IMG/VR virus record: IMGVR_UViG_2821904334_000002
Direction: 5' to 3' (one strand)
Length of the DNA stretch: 64,000 nt
From: an uncultured virus (IMG/VR IMGVR_UViG_2821904334_000002)
Lineage: Duplodnaviria; Heunggongvirae; Uroviricota; Caudoviricetes
In this document: one piece after another, positions 9,442 through 19,623 of the stretch
How positions within the stretch are numbered: the stretch's first letter is position 1
Layout of the letters: every line of letters starts with the position of its first letter
Notes under the pieces: model-generated
The model's database searches: none
What the model was told of the DNA's origin: nothing
Seen by the model: only the letters and a program-made list of their open reading frames with translations
Position numbers and translations under genes: made by a program

Positions 9442-9645
9442 ATGTATATCTATAAAGGAACGAAATGGGAAAAGTTCAAACATAGATGTAAAAAGATAGG
9501 AAAAGGTTTCTTAGATATCTTAGGCTATATCATATCAGACATACTAGTTGATTTAGTATTCAAAGGTTCCTTTAGACTGATAGGATGGTTCTTCAAAGGT
9601 ATATTAAAAGGATTGAAACATTTAATAGAGCATATATTTGATTAA
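9442..9645 (+). CDS. small amphipathic-helix protein
   Basis: ORF track. Confidence 0.6.
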   Translation: MYIYKGTKWEKFKHRCKKIGKGFLDILGYIISDILVDLVFKGSFRLIGWFFKGILKGLKHLIEHIFD

Positions 9646-9666
9646 AAGGAGAAAGAAGGGGTAGTT

Positions 9667-9852
9667 ATGGATGTAAGACGTATTGATTCAAAAGACAAGC
9701 AAGGAATTATTGTTATGGGTACAGGAGCAAGAAGACTAAATCTAGATTTGATGAAAGAGCAAATTAAGATAATGAAACAAGATGAAGAAGCAGTAACAGA
9801 TAGGAAAGGTTATTTACACCATAATCTACCTAGTGTATACAAAAGAAAATAG
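9667..9852 (+). CDS. hypothetical protein
   Basis: ORF track, SD. Confidence 0.5.
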   Translation: MDVRRIDSKDKQGIIVMGTGARRLNLDLMKEQIKIMKQDEEAVTDRKGYLHHNLPSVYKRK

Positions 9853-9954
9853 GTACAAACAACATAACTTCCTTTGACTAACCTCTTAGGAAGTTTGTTT
9901 CTTTTAAAGATACCGTAACTATGGAAGAAAATGCTAAGACTAGTAAAATAAGTA

Positions 9955-9983
9955 TTGATTTTTGGCGTAACTTATGGTATAAT
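9955..9983 (+). promoter_or_regulatory. sigma-A type promoter for topoisomerase B subunit
   Basis: TTGATT-N17-TATAAT with TGG extended -10. Confidence 0.7.
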
Positions 9984-10091
9984 ATTAGTATAAGGTTGAA
10001 AGAGTAAGTCTGTTAAAATTTTTCGAGGTTAAATGGGTTAACGTTAAATTTTAGTCAGACGAAATTATATAGAATGTAGAAATTTTAAGGA

Positions 10092-12272
10092 GTGATTCTT
10101 TTGTCACAAAACTACGGTAATAATAGTATAGACAGTTTAGAGGGTGCAGAACGTGTACGTAGACGTCCTGCCGCAGTATTAGGTTCTAGCGGTATCGAAG
10201 GTGCTAGACATGGTGTAACTGAAATTGTAGGTAACTCTGTAGATGAAGGAACAGCAGGGTTCGGCTCAAAACTAGATATTAATTACTTCAAAGATGGAAG
10301 TATTTCTATTCGAGACTATGGTCGTGGAGTACCAATGGGGTATAACGATAAGAAGAAAATTGTAAACTGGTTCTTAGTTTTCAATGAAATGTATGCAGGT
10401 GGTAAGTATAAAGATTATCAAGAGGAACTGAGAGCAATTAAAAACTGGGATACATTTAATCCACAAGATTATAATTACCTATTCTCAATTGGTCTAAACG
10501 GTCTTGGTGCGGCATCAACCCAGTATACGAGTGAGTTCTTTGAAGCAATCTCTATAACAGACGGCATTGCAACGAAAATGGAGTTCCGTGGTGGGTATCC
10601 TGTTTTAAAAGATGCAAACGGAAATGAAGTACATGCAACTATTAGCGAAGAAGAGTTATTAGAAAAGCATGGTATCGTTCTAAAAGAATACTTAGCAGAA
10701 ACTTATGAAACAGATGAAGAAAACGGTACATATATTCACTGGAAACCAGATATTCGAGTATTCTCTGATGTTGATATTACACTTAATTGGATTAAAGACG
10801 TGTGTGAGTCTGTAGCATATATTAGTGGTTTAGATGTAAACCTATATGACGAAGCAACTGATACAATGCATGAATATCAAAGTGGTACAATCAGTGATTT
10901 AAACTTAATTATTAATGAGAAAAACTTAGTAAATGAGGATTCTCCTTCTGTATATGAAGACAATGATATTACGCATGGTAAAGTGAAGCAAAATAATGAA
11001 GACTTCATTTATGTATTCCAAGCTGATGTATCTGTAGTCCGAACAAATGAGAAAGGTAAAACGGTATGTTTCCACAATGCGATTAAAATGAAGGGTGGAG
11101 CGCAATATCGTGCAGTTGATTCAGCAATAGCAGACTTTGTAGTTGCATTAGGAAACGCTAAAGGCGTAAAAGTAATTGACCGTGATTTCGAAGGCAAATT
11201 AGGGGTAGTTGTTAAGAGTTATTCAAACGTTGCTTCTTATAAAGGTCAAACGAAAGATGAAGTAGATGATAACTTCATTTACCGTGATTTAAGAACTATC
11301 ATTCACAGACTGATTAATACAGAGTACCACAAAGGAAATAAAGACATTATTGAGTTTGTTGAAAAGGTGCTTGAAGAAGCAGACTTACGTATTTCTTTAC
11401 AGGAACAAGCTAAAATGTTACGTGAAGTTAAGAAAACAAGCCGTACTCGTAAATTACCTGAGAAGTTCTTACCTTCAAAACTATTTAAAGAAAAAGTAGT
11501 AAAGAAGTCAGAACTATGGATTGTAGAGGGTGACTCGGCTAAAACTTCCGTTAAGAATGCAAGAGAACCGATGTTCCAAGCAATTTACGCTGTTAGGGGT
11601 AAAGTAACAAACGCCCTAAAAGCTTCATTCAAGAAGTTAATGGAGTCAGAAGAGATTCGAGACATCTTTTCACTACTAGGAACTGGTATGGATGTAGAAC
11701 TATTAGATGATAATGAGTTCGATATTGATGCTTGTCGTTTTGAGAAAATCATTATCGGAACTGATGCTGATGAAGATGGATATCAAATTCGTGTGTTACT
11801 GTTCGTAGTATTTTGGGTTCTTGCACCTGAGATTATCAAACGTGGTATGCTTTATATTGGAGAAACACCAAAATTCGGTATCAAACTTACAAACGGAGAA
11901 ATGGTGTATGCTATCAATGAAGTAGATAAAGCGGAACGAGAAAAAGAGTATGCAGGTCAAATCGTTAAAGTAGAGCGATACAAAGGTTTAGGTGAAGTAA
12001 ACGCTGATGTATTAGCTTACACTACACTAGACCCTGAAACTCGTAATCTAATTCAAATCAAATTAGACCCTGCTGACCATATTCTGTCTGAGTTTGTTGA
12101 AACATTATTCGGTAAAGACCCATATAAAAAGCGTAAAGAAACAATGTTACGTGTATTGGGTAGTGATGCAATGGATATGTTTAATGATGCAGACGAAAAA
12201 GAAGAGTTCAGCATTGTAGATGTTTTAGATGCAGACGATGTAGAAGAAGAAAACGAATTGGAAGTCATTTAA
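10092..12272 (+). CDS. gyrB: type IIA DNA topoisomerase subunit B (GyrB/ParE family)
   Basis: LEGAERVRRRP, EIVGNSVDE, DYGRGVP, AGGKY, GLNGLG (GHKL ATPase); VEGDSA, RGK, TDADEDG (TOPRIM); RYKGLGE. Confidence 0.95.
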   Translation: MILLSQNYGNNSIDSLEGAERVRRRPAAVLGSSGIEGARHGVTEIVGNSVDEGTAGFGSKLDINYFKDGSISIRDYGRGVPMGYNDKKKIVNWFLVFNEMYAGGKYKDYQEELRAIKNWDTFNPQDYNYLFSIGLNGLGAASTQYTSEFFEAISITDGIATKMEFRGGYPVLKDANGNEVHATISEEELLEKHGIVLKEYLAETYETDEENGTYIHWKPDIRVFSDVDITLNWIKDVCESVAYISGLDVNLYDEATDTMHEYQSGTISDLNLIINEKNLVNEDSPSVYEDNDITHGKVKQNNEDFIYVFQADVSVVRTNEKGKTVCFHNAIKMKGGAQYRAVDSAIADFVVALGNAKGVKVIDRDFEGKLGVVVKSYSNVASYKGQTKDEVDDNFIYRDLRTIIHRLINTEYHKGNKDIIEFVEKVLEEADLRISLQEQAKMLREVKKTSRTRKLPEKFLPSKLFKEKVVKKSELWIVEGDSAKTSVKNAREPMFQAIYAVRGKVTNALKASFKKLMESEEIRDIFSLLGTGMDVELLDDNEFDIDACRFEKIIIGTDADEDGYQIRVLLFVVFWVLAPEIIKRGMLYIGETPKFGIKLTNGEMVYAINEVDKAEREKEYAGQIVKVERYKGLGEVNADVLAYTTLDPETRNLIQIKLDPADHILSEFVETLFGKDPYKKRKETMLRVLGSDAMDMFNDADEKEEFSIVDVLDADDVEEENELEVI

Positions 12273-12370
12273 GACTTCCTTTTCTTTTTATACAAGCTAA
12301 AAGAAACGAAATAAAATAATCGTAACTTAAATATAATAGTATGATTGTTTGAAAAACTTATGTAACTTTA

Positions 12371-12399
12371 TTGACAAATGGGTTGTTTTATGGTATAAT
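12371..12399 (+). promoter_or_regulatory. sigma-A type promoter for topoisomerase A subunit
   Basis: TTGACA-N17-TATAAT. Confidence 0.85.
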
Positions 12400-12549
12400 A
12401 ATAGTATAAATAAAAGCAGAAGTTTGTTTTCAAGCTAAAAGAGGGGTAGGCAATCCCTCAAACGGTTACATATAGAAACTTGGAGTATAGAAACAGAAAA
12501 GGAAACTAGAGTAAGAGTCTAGTAGTAAACAAGATTGGAGTTGTTGTAA

Positions 12550-14787
12550 GTGGTAAAGGAATTACATGATGCTGAAAACTTCACATTAGAAGAGAAAGAC
12601 ATTGATAGTTTAACAGAAGAGGATTTATTTAAACTGTTACATTTAGAGAATACAAAGGGTTCAGATGTGCATAATTCGGGTTTTCAATACCTAGTTAGAG
12701 GTTACATTGATTACGCACGAGAAGTATTAACAAACCGTGCTTTAGAAGATATTCGAGACGGTTTAAAACCAGTACAACGGTATGCACTATATTGGATGTA
12801 CAAAGAGAAAGCCAAAGACATGATTAAATCAGAACAAGTCGGTGCAGGGGTATTAAAGTATCACCCACATAATGCAGACTCGGCTTATGAATCTTTAACA
12901 AAAATGGTAGAATCAAACGGTACATTCTACGTGCCACTTTTAATTGGTAAAGGTGAACTAGGTAAAAAGTTCTCAAACGGTAGTCCAGCCGCATCACGTT
13001 ATACGTCAGTTAAGTTCCATGAAAACGCAAAAGAAATGTTTACCGCAATGGACGGAATTGATATGGTATGGAACTTTGATGATACGGAACGTGTTCCTGA
13101 GGTGTTACCTGCATCTGTACCTTACATCTTAATGAAGTATGCAGACGGTATCGCAGTTGGTTTCTCTACGAAGTCACCATCATTCTTACCACAAGATGTA
13201 ACAAACCTAGTACGTGAGTATATTAGAGACGGTAAGTGTTCTACTATGATTGTACCAGACTTCTCAACTGGTGGGTTCATTTCTTATACAGAGAAAGAGT
13301 TAGAAAAGCTAATGAAAACTGGTAAAGGTAGCTTCATGACTCGTGGTAAAATCTTTATAGACGGTAAAAACATTGTTGTTACAGAAGTACCACAAGGAGT
13401 AACTGTTGAGAAGATTATGAAAGAAATCGAAAAAGCGGAGATTCAAGGTATCATGCCAAACGGATATGGAGATTTAACAGGTAAAGATGGTTGTTACTTT
13501 GAAATCACTTGTCGTGCGAAAAACCGTGTACAAGAAGTATTAATGGAGTTATACACAAAGACTTCATTGCAAAAGAAATTCAACTCAAACCTGTTAGCAG
13601 TAGAAAGCAAAAAGCTAGTTATTACAGGAGTATGGGGTATTATAGACCGTTGGGTAAAATGGCGTAGAAAAGTTTTAACTCGTCAAACTCGATTAGATTT
13701 AGCTAAGTTAGTAGAAAGTGCAAAATACACAAAAGGTTTCATCGACTTACTAGCAATTGAAGGTGCAAGAGACGAGATTGTAGAACTTACTACTAAGAAA
13801 TCAGACAATGATGCAATCAAGCGTATTCAAGAGTACATTGATTGTGAACGTGATGTTGCAGAATGGATTATCAAACGTAGATTAAACCAATTCCGTAATG
13901 ATAATAAATATATTAATCAATATGCGAACTATCAAATTGAAATTGCAAAACTTGAGAAGTACTTAGAAAACATTGATGCAATGATTCTTGAAGATATGAA
14001 TAGATTCGATTTACTAGTATCTCGAAATCATGAGCGTAGAACTGAAATCACAAACAAGGTATATGAGGTAGAAACAGTAAAAGAGGATGAGATTGAGATT
14101 CCTGTAAGTGAGTGTTACTATCAAATTAAAGATGGATTCTTACGTAAACTTCATGTTAAACCAACATCAGGTGAAGGAATCATCTTTGAGGGGTATACAA
14201 ACTCTACTATCATTGCTTTATCTAGTGAAGGTGAAATCTTCCGTATTTACGGAAACGATATTAATTACCTATCAGGAAGCGATATCGGAACTTACATTCC
14301 TACGTATTCCGGTTTAGCAAATGCTCAACACGTACAACTGATTTGGGCAACTGTATGTGATGAGAAGAAATACGTATTAACATATGAAGACGGATTTGTT
14401 GGATTCCTAGACACGGCTGAGTTCTTAGTAGGTGCAATTAAGTCTAAGTACTTACGAAACGGTATTTCAGCACATGCGGACAAGCTTACAGACGTAAGAG
14501 AGTATCGTGAAGATTCTGTTATCGTAGTAGAAACTCATGATAAGTTATATGCTTGCGCTCACCTAGACAGTATTAAGATGAAGTCTAGAACAGCAAGAAC
14601 TCGTGTATGGTATACAGAAAACCTATATGATTCAGCAATTATTCCAATGAGTGAAATTACAAGACGTATTCCGAATTACATGACCCTATTTAATAAGAAG
14701 CCAATAATGTATAATGGTGAAATGAACCTATGGGGTGAAGTAGGAGTATACGAAGAAAATTCAGAGGAACTAGTAGCGAACAGTTAA
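12550..14787 (+). CDS. gyrA: type IIA DNA topoisomerase subunit A (GyrA/ParC family); no GyrA-box seen
   Basis: DIRDGLKPVQR, KYHPH, PAASRYT (catalytic Tyr), GIAVGFST, PDFSTGG, ITEVP-like. Confidence 0.93.
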   Translation: MVKELHDAENFTLEEKDIDSLTEEDLFKLLHLENTKGSDVHNSGFQYLVRGYIDYAREVLTNRALEDIRDGLKPVQRYALYWMYKEKAKDMIKSEQVGAGVLKYHPHNADSAYESLTKMVESNGTFYVPLLIGKGELGKKFSNGSPAASRYTSVKFHENAKEMFTAMDGIDMVWNFDDTERVPEVLPASVPYILMKYADGIAVGFSTKSPSFLPQDVTNLVREYIRDGKCSTMIVPDFSTGGFISYTEKELEKLMKTGKGSFMTRGKIFIDGKNIVVTEVPQGVTVEKIMKEIEKAEIQGIMPNGYGDLTGKDGCYFEITCRAKNRVQEVLMELYTKTSLQKKFNSNLLAVESKKLVITGVWGIIDRWVKWRRKVLTRQTRLDLAKLVESAKYTKGFIDLLAIEGARDEIVELTTKKSDNDAIKRIQEYIDCERDVAEWIIKRRLNQFRNDNKYINQYANYQIEIAKLEKYLENIDAMILEDMNRFDLLVSRNHERRTEITNKVYEVETVKEDEIEIPVSECYYQIKDGFLRKLHVKPTSGEGIIFEGYTNSTIIALSSEGEIFRIYGNDINYLSGSDIGTYIPTYSGLANAQHVQLIWATVCDEKKYVLTYEDGFVGFLDTAEFLVGAIKSKYLRNGISAHADKLTDVREYREDSVIVVETHDKLYACAHLDSIKMKSRTARTRVWYTENLYDSAIIPMSEITRRIPNYMTLFNKKPIMYNGEMNLWGEVGVYEENSEELVANS

Positions 14788-14832
14788 GTGTACATGGTAC
14801 AAATAAGATAAATGGATTTTAAAGAACAAACA

Positions 14833-14867
14833 GGGAGAGACTGGATTGAAACGAGTCCAGTTTCTTC
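14833..14867 (+). terminator. probable terminator hairpin
   Basis: GAGACTGGATT/GAGTCCAGTTTC stem. Confidence 0.5.
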
Positions 14868-14891
14868 TATAAGTTAGAAAGGGGTATTGAG

Positions 14892-15557
14892 TTGTTATTA
14901 ACGGTAGAGCAATTAGTGGGAAGTAAGAATGAGTTAAAAGCTACTACCTTAGACTTAGGCGAGGTTAATAAGTTTACAGGTTCAAAAGAGTTAAACGATT
15001 TACTATTTTCATCATTGCAAAATATATTCACAAAGAATGGGGTAATTGATACTGTAACTTCTAAGAAAGAAGAAGTATTAGATTATCGTACAAGAGCAAC
15101 GAATCGTTTTGTATTACGAGTAGATAAAGAGCAGTTCGAAACGAAGTCAGCTTTATTTATAACAGATTCACATGTTATCAAGAACGATAAAGCAGAAGAA
15201 AAACAGCATAATGCAAAAGAGATTGAGTATAACATTTTAGCGTTAATCAAGAAGTATGAGGGTATGTTTGATATTCCACAATTAAGTGACCAAGAGTACA
15301 GACTCATTAGTATATTAAATGTTATCATGTTAACAGAAGCAAGTTTTGTTGTATTCGGTATGGAAGCTACTGATATGCATGAAAACTTACTACTTATGAT
15401 AGAAGATTATAAAGAGAATAGTCAAAACTGTAAACTAGAAACAATCATCTTTTATGAAGATGAAAACAACCGTATTGCATATGGTGGGATTAATGAGTTC
15501 TCAACACATAAAGTAAAGATTCCAGACCAATATGAGAAGTTTTATAAGAGCGTATAA
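14892..15557 (+). CDS. possible degenerate ABC-type (AAA_15/AAA_21-like) ATPase-fold protein
   Basis: LSDQEYRLISI at signature position; FVVFGMEATDMHE where hhhhDEPExxLHP is expected; N-terminal LGEVNKFTGS lacking GK[ST]. Confidence 0.35.
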   Translation: MLLTVEQLVGSKNELKATTLDLGEVNKFTGSKELNDLLFSSLQNIFTKNGVIDTVTSKKEEVLDYRTRATNRFVLRVDKEQFETKSALFITDSHVIKNDKAEEKQHNAKEIEYNILALIKKYEGMFDIPQLSDQEYRLISILNVIMLTEASFVVFGMEATDMHENLLLMIEDYKENSQNCKLETIIFYEDENNRIAYGGINEFSTHKVKIPDQYEKFYKSV

Positions 15558-15656
15558 GAGAAGTAAGGGTTAAGTAAACAGATAGATAACTAGGCGAACA
15601 GCGATAATAAAGATATAAAACTAGGCAATGTTTTACGTTTGAAAGGCGGTAGTATT

Positions 15657-17102
15657 ATGGCATTAGAGCCTACAGAAAGACTGGAGTATTTTTCAGACAT
15701 CATATTAAGCAGAATGTTAACATCAAGTGATGATAGAGACTTGATAATTACACAATTACAACCTGAGGTATTTACAAACGAGAATTTCTTAATCTACTCT
15801 GTTATGTATAGTTTCAAGGATAGGGGTATTGTACCTGATAAAGAGTTCTTAAACATGTACCTATCTCGTAATACAAAGTTAATTACACAAAACCCACAAA
15901 ACGTAGAATCTGATTTATTCAGTGATACAGGGGATGATACAGTAAACTCATTTATTAGTGCTACAATAAACAAGCTAGTTAGACTACAGGGTGAAGACCA
16001 CACAAAACAAAATATAGATTTAATACTAGAAAAGTTTCGAATTGACTTCAAAACTATCTACCAAACAAAGGTATTAGATGGTGCGAAGTTAATTTTAAAT
16101 GATAAGCTACAAGTGGGGTATAAAACGTATAGTGGTCAAGAAGATAGTGATTTATACTATCAAGAACAAATGACAAAACTGAATACACTAATTAGTAGTG
16201 ATGCAAGTGAAGGTTTTGTAGATGATACAATAGACGGTATGGATGATTCATCAAGAGTAATGCCTGTAACCGTTAGTGATTTCCACTACTTAGATTTCTT
16301 AAACAAACATTATGGCGGTATCAAAACTGGTTACTTCTATAACATCATGGCTCCGCCTAAGAGTGGTAAGTCTAAGTTCTGTTATAGAGCGATTCACACC
16401 GCTAGGGTTAAATACGGAAACAATTGTGGTTTCTGGGCAAACGAGGGTGGTCGTAAGAAAGCCCAAGCCGAAATGAGAGCGATTCATTTTGATTACTATT
16501 ACAATGAGAAACAAGGGGAAGATTACGCTCCACTATCAGGTCAAGATATCTTAGATGATAATTTCCCTTCACAACAATATCGTGAGTTAGAAGCAATTAG
16601 TCGAGCAGACTTATTTACAAATCCAAACCACGGTAAAGTAATTTTCATTGAAGAACCGTTAGAGATTGAACATTATATTCATCAATTAACACTAGCTACG
16701 AAGCGGTATAACCTAAAATTAATCGTAGTCGATTACCTACAGTTAATGGGTAGTAAAGGGAATAAGATGAGCAAGAATGAGCGTATCGGTGTTGCGTATC
16801 AGCAGACTTTAGCGTTCATAGGTAAGTACCAAGTAGCGTTTATCAGTCCTTCACAGTTCAAACAGGAATTCTTAAAAGAGATTGATAAGGGTGGAGACGT
16901 AGATACTCGTTTAGGTGGCGGTGAGTCAGCAGAGATTGTACGTACTCCCGATGTAAACATAGCCTTATACGGTACACCTACTGATATTGACAATAATAAA
17001 CTATCACTACTAAGTATCCCTTCTCGTGTAGCTAGACCATTTGAGAAGCGTGATATCTACGTAGATTTGGGGTATTGTTTCTATTCAGATATAAACTGGT
17101 AA
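15657..17102 (+). CDS. dnaB: replicative DNA helicase, DnaB (SF4) family
   Basis: N-terminal LQPEVFTNENFLIY; Walker A MAPPKSGKS; Walker B LIVVDYLQLM; SPSQ; start at ATG after AAAGGCGGT. Confidence 0.88.
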   Translation: MALEPTERLEYFSDIILSRMLTSSDDRDLIITQLQPEVFTNENFLIYSVMYSFKDRGIVPDKEFLNMYLSRNTKLITQNPQNVESDLFSDTGDDTVNSFISATINKLVRLQGEDHTKQNIDLILEKFRIDFKTIYQTKVLDGAKLILNDKLQVGYKTYSGQEDSDLYYQEQMTKLNTLISSDASEGFVDDTIDGMDDSSRVMPVTVSDFHYLDFLNKHYGGIKTGYFYNIMAPPKSGKSKFCYRAIHTARVKYGNNCGFWANEGGRKKAQAEMRAIHFDYYYNEKQGEDYAPLSGQDILDDNFPSQQYRELEAISRADLFTNPNHGKVIFIEEPLEIEHYIHQLTLATKRYNLKLIVVDYLQLMGSKGNKMSKNERIGVAYQQTLAFIGKYQVAFISPSQFKQEFLKEIDKGGDVDTRLGGGESAEIVRTPDVNIALYGTPTDIDNNKLSLLSIPSRVARPFEKRDIYVDLGYCFYSDINW

Positions 17103-17140
17103 GAAAATAAATTGTAATCCTTATAATATAATAAACATAT

Positions 17141-17169
17141 TTGACAAATAAAGAACTATGTGGTATAAT
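17141..17169 (+). promoter_or_regulatory. sigma-A type promoter enclosed by a long inverted repeat
   Basis: TTGACA-N17-TATAAT; arms 17109-17131 and 17191-17213. Confidence 0.85.
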
Positions 17170-17209
17170 AATTATATAAGTTAAAATAAGTTTTATTGTG
17201 AGGATTACA

Positions 17210-17241
<32 letters not shown>

Positions 17242-17251
17242 AACAGAGGGG

Positions 17252-17935
17252 ATGAGTAAAATGGCTACAATAGTAAGTGATTATATTACATCAAGTAATG
17301 GAGAATTAAAACCAATTAAAACAGGTAAGGTATATGGGGCAGTTGCACCAGTTCGATTAGGTAAAACACTATTTAGTCTAAAGACAGTACATACCGCACT
17401 AGTAAAATACGGGGTAGACTCCCTTGTATGGAATGCAGAAACAGATAACGAAGTAACATTTGCAATTTTAAGAGCCTTACACTTCAATTATATGTACGAA
17501 AAACTAGGGTACAAGCCAATCTCTGAATATGCAATTCTAAACGAAGAATTTCCTACAGAAGAGTATAGAGAGTTGGAGGAACGAAGTAAAATAGATTTAT
17601 TTGAGAATCCGAAACATGGTTATGTAAGGTCGATACATTCAAACTTGGATTTAGATACTTTAAAAGTTAGATTAATTGACCATATCGAAGATGTAGACCC
17701 AAAATTAATTGTCATTGATAGTTTAGATTTAGTAGATTATCATTTAGTTCAAGAAAACCAAAAACAAACTGTATTGTCAGCATACAATATCGTATTAGAC
17801 TTAGCACAAGAAAAAGATATAGCAATTGTATCACCACATCAAAGCCCACTTGAGAAAGACAAGTATGAATCACTAGCAAACAGACTGAATAGACCTACTT
17901 TTGTAGAGTTAGATTTAGATGAAATTCAATTTTAA
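17252..17935 (+). CDS. truncated paralog of the DnaB helicase RecA-like domain
   Basis: APVRLGKT, HTALVKYG, RALHFNY, EFPTEEYRELE, DLFENPKHG, LIVIDSLDLV, SPHQ each mirror segments of 15657..17102. Confidence 0.85.
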   Translation: MSKMATIVSDYITSSNGELKPIKTGKVYGAVAPVRLGKTLFSLKTVHTALVKYGVDSLVWNAETDNEVTFAILRALHFNYMYEKLGYKPISEYAILNEEFPTEEYRELEERSKIDLFENPKHGYVRSIHSNLDLDTLKVRLIDHIEDVDPKLIVIDSLDLVDYHLVQENQKQTVLSAYNIVLDLAQEKDIAIVSPHQSPLEKDKYESLANRLNRPTFVELDLDEIQF

Positions 17936-18032
17936 TAGATAAGCAATAAAACAAGTCTTAGTATGTTCCTAACCAAAATGTAGATAAAATCATACATAGG
18001 TAGAGCAAGCTAAGACTTTTCTATTATTTAGC

Positions 18033-18057
18033 TAACTTTACTTCCCTGTCACTGTCT
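18033..18057 (+). promoter_or_regulatory. candidate ECF-sigma-like promoter upstream of paralog cluster
   Basis: TAACTTT-N10-CACTGTCT. Confidence 0.45.
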
Positions 18058-18269
18058 AGTCATATTCAAAGTAAATCTAAGATTTTTAATCAAGAATTTA
18101 AGAAACAGTAAGGTATATTAGATGTGAAGTTACTGTATAACTTTTCCTCTAAACCAAAACAAGTTCAATAGGTTATAAGTTTTATATTTATTATGAAGGG
18201 GTATGAGTTTTTCAAGTACCTTTTCAAATATTATATTTTAAATAAACGAATAGAGGGAGAGACTAAATA

Positions 18270-18959
18270 ATGAAAAGAGCATCTGTACCAAGTCCAAGAA
18301 TGTTTGAAGCAATTGATAAAAGAACACGAGAATTACCTGAGGATGAGCAGTTTTTAGTTGCAAACTGTATTCAAAACTTACTAAATGGGTCAAGTTGGGG
18401 TATTATGACAAAAGAAATGGTTGAAGCTTATGGAGACCCAATGCGTTTCAACAATGAACTTACAAAAGTATATGAAGTATCTCCAAGCCTAAGTAAAGCT
18501 ATTGGTGATGGTAGACGTGAACCTAAGAAAAATCCTCGATACTTAGTTGAATCGAACTACCAAAACGCATTAAAAACATTACAAAAGGTAGTTCCAGAAC
18601 TTGTAAACAATGAGTTTGTACAAGAGTTTAGAAACGAAGTACAAGATAGTATTGCATCATTTGATAAATTCTATGCAAAAGCATCTAAAGAAGGTTTTCA
18701 AGGGTATTTAGGTTTCTATTCTATTAATAGTACAGAAACTATGACATTCCAAAAAAGCCGTGAAAAAGCATTCCAGTTACCATTATCAGCAGTATTAGGT
18801 AAAATGAGTGACCAAAACACTCGTATCCTAGTTAAAGGTCAAGCAATGACACCTTCACAAGTAAAGGCAAACTTTGAGCAAGTTACACCGCAATTAGCAG
18901 TAAGTGATGGTGCAACAGCGATTGTTGTCGCACTTGCAATCCGAGGTACAGGTAAATAA
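18270..18959 (+). CDS. hypothetical protein, paralog of 19026..19604
   Basis: FQGYLGFYSIN vs YQGFLGINET; VPELVNNE vs LPNVGFNNE. Confidence 0.75.
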   Translation: MKRASVPSPRMFEAIDKRTRELPEDEQFLVANCIQNLLNGSSWGIMTKEMVEAYGDPMRFNNELTKVYEVSPSLSKAIGDGRREPKKNPRYLVESNYQNALKTLQKVVPELVNNEFVQEFRNEVQDSIASFDKFYAKASKEGFQGYLGFYSINSTETMTFQKSREKAFQLPLSAVLGKMSDQNTRILVKGQAMTPSQVKANFEQVTPQLAVSDGATAIVVALAIRGTGK

Positions 18960-19025
18960 GTAACAAGAGACGACCCCTATTAGTGTAAAACCTAGTAGGG
19001 GCATCTCTATAAAGGTGGTATAACT

Positions 19026-19604
19026 ATGATAACTCCATTAGAATCATTCGTACTTACACATATGGGAGAAAACTTTATGGAAGGTGCGAACTGGGGATTT
19101 TGTCCTCCCGAAGACTACGAAAGACATCTACCAACATTCCAAAAGGAAGTGAATGGGGTAGCAAACTTTAGTGTCTTAAAAGGTCAAGGCGGTATCCTAA
19201 TTGAAGTAGAACCAAACTTCTTAGTACAATCATTATCTAAACTACCAAACGTAGGATTTAATAATGAAGATTTAAATAGTGCATTAGCTGAACGTCAGTT
19301 AGCATTAGTTCAGTTTCGTATGTGGGTTGAAAACAATTCATCGTATCAAGGCTTCCTTGGTATCAACGAAACAACAGACTCCAAATCAGTAACCATCAGT
19401 CAAGTTCCGTATCCTTCCTTCAAAGTAGGGGTAGACACATTCTTCCATGAATTTATGAATTATAGAGTACAGTTCCTAAACAACAAGAACCAATGGCAAT
19501 ACTTCGATAGTGGTATGGACAGACAAGAATTTATTAATGCTTGTTCAATCTCACCTACAAGAAACTGTATGGTAATTCCAATCAAGATTGAAGGTAAACG
19601 TTAA
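19026..19604 (+). CDS. hypothetical protein
   Basis: SD AAAGGTGG; paralog of preceding gene. Confidence 0.75.
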   Translation: MITPLESFVLTHMGENFMEGANWGFCPPEDYERHLPTFQKEVNGVANFSVLKGQGGILIEVEPNFLVQSLSKLPNVGFNNEDLNSALAERQLALVQFRMWVENNSSYQGFLGINETTDSKSVTISQVPYPSFKVGVDTFFHEFMNYRVQFLNNKNQWQYFDSGMDRQEFINACSISPTRNCMVIPIKIEGKR

Positions 19605-19623
19605 ATTAAAGGGGTTTAATACA

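Noticed and set aside
14108..14317. Nested + strand ORF inside the topoisomerase A gene (also 61215..61403 inside family E paralog 2)
   Set aside because: Alternative frame within a well-supported gene, no RBS or recognisable motif.
10092..17102. Introns or inteins in topoisomerase or helicase genes
   Set aside because: ORFs are continuous, of ordinary length, with no intein splice or homing-endonuclease motifs seen.
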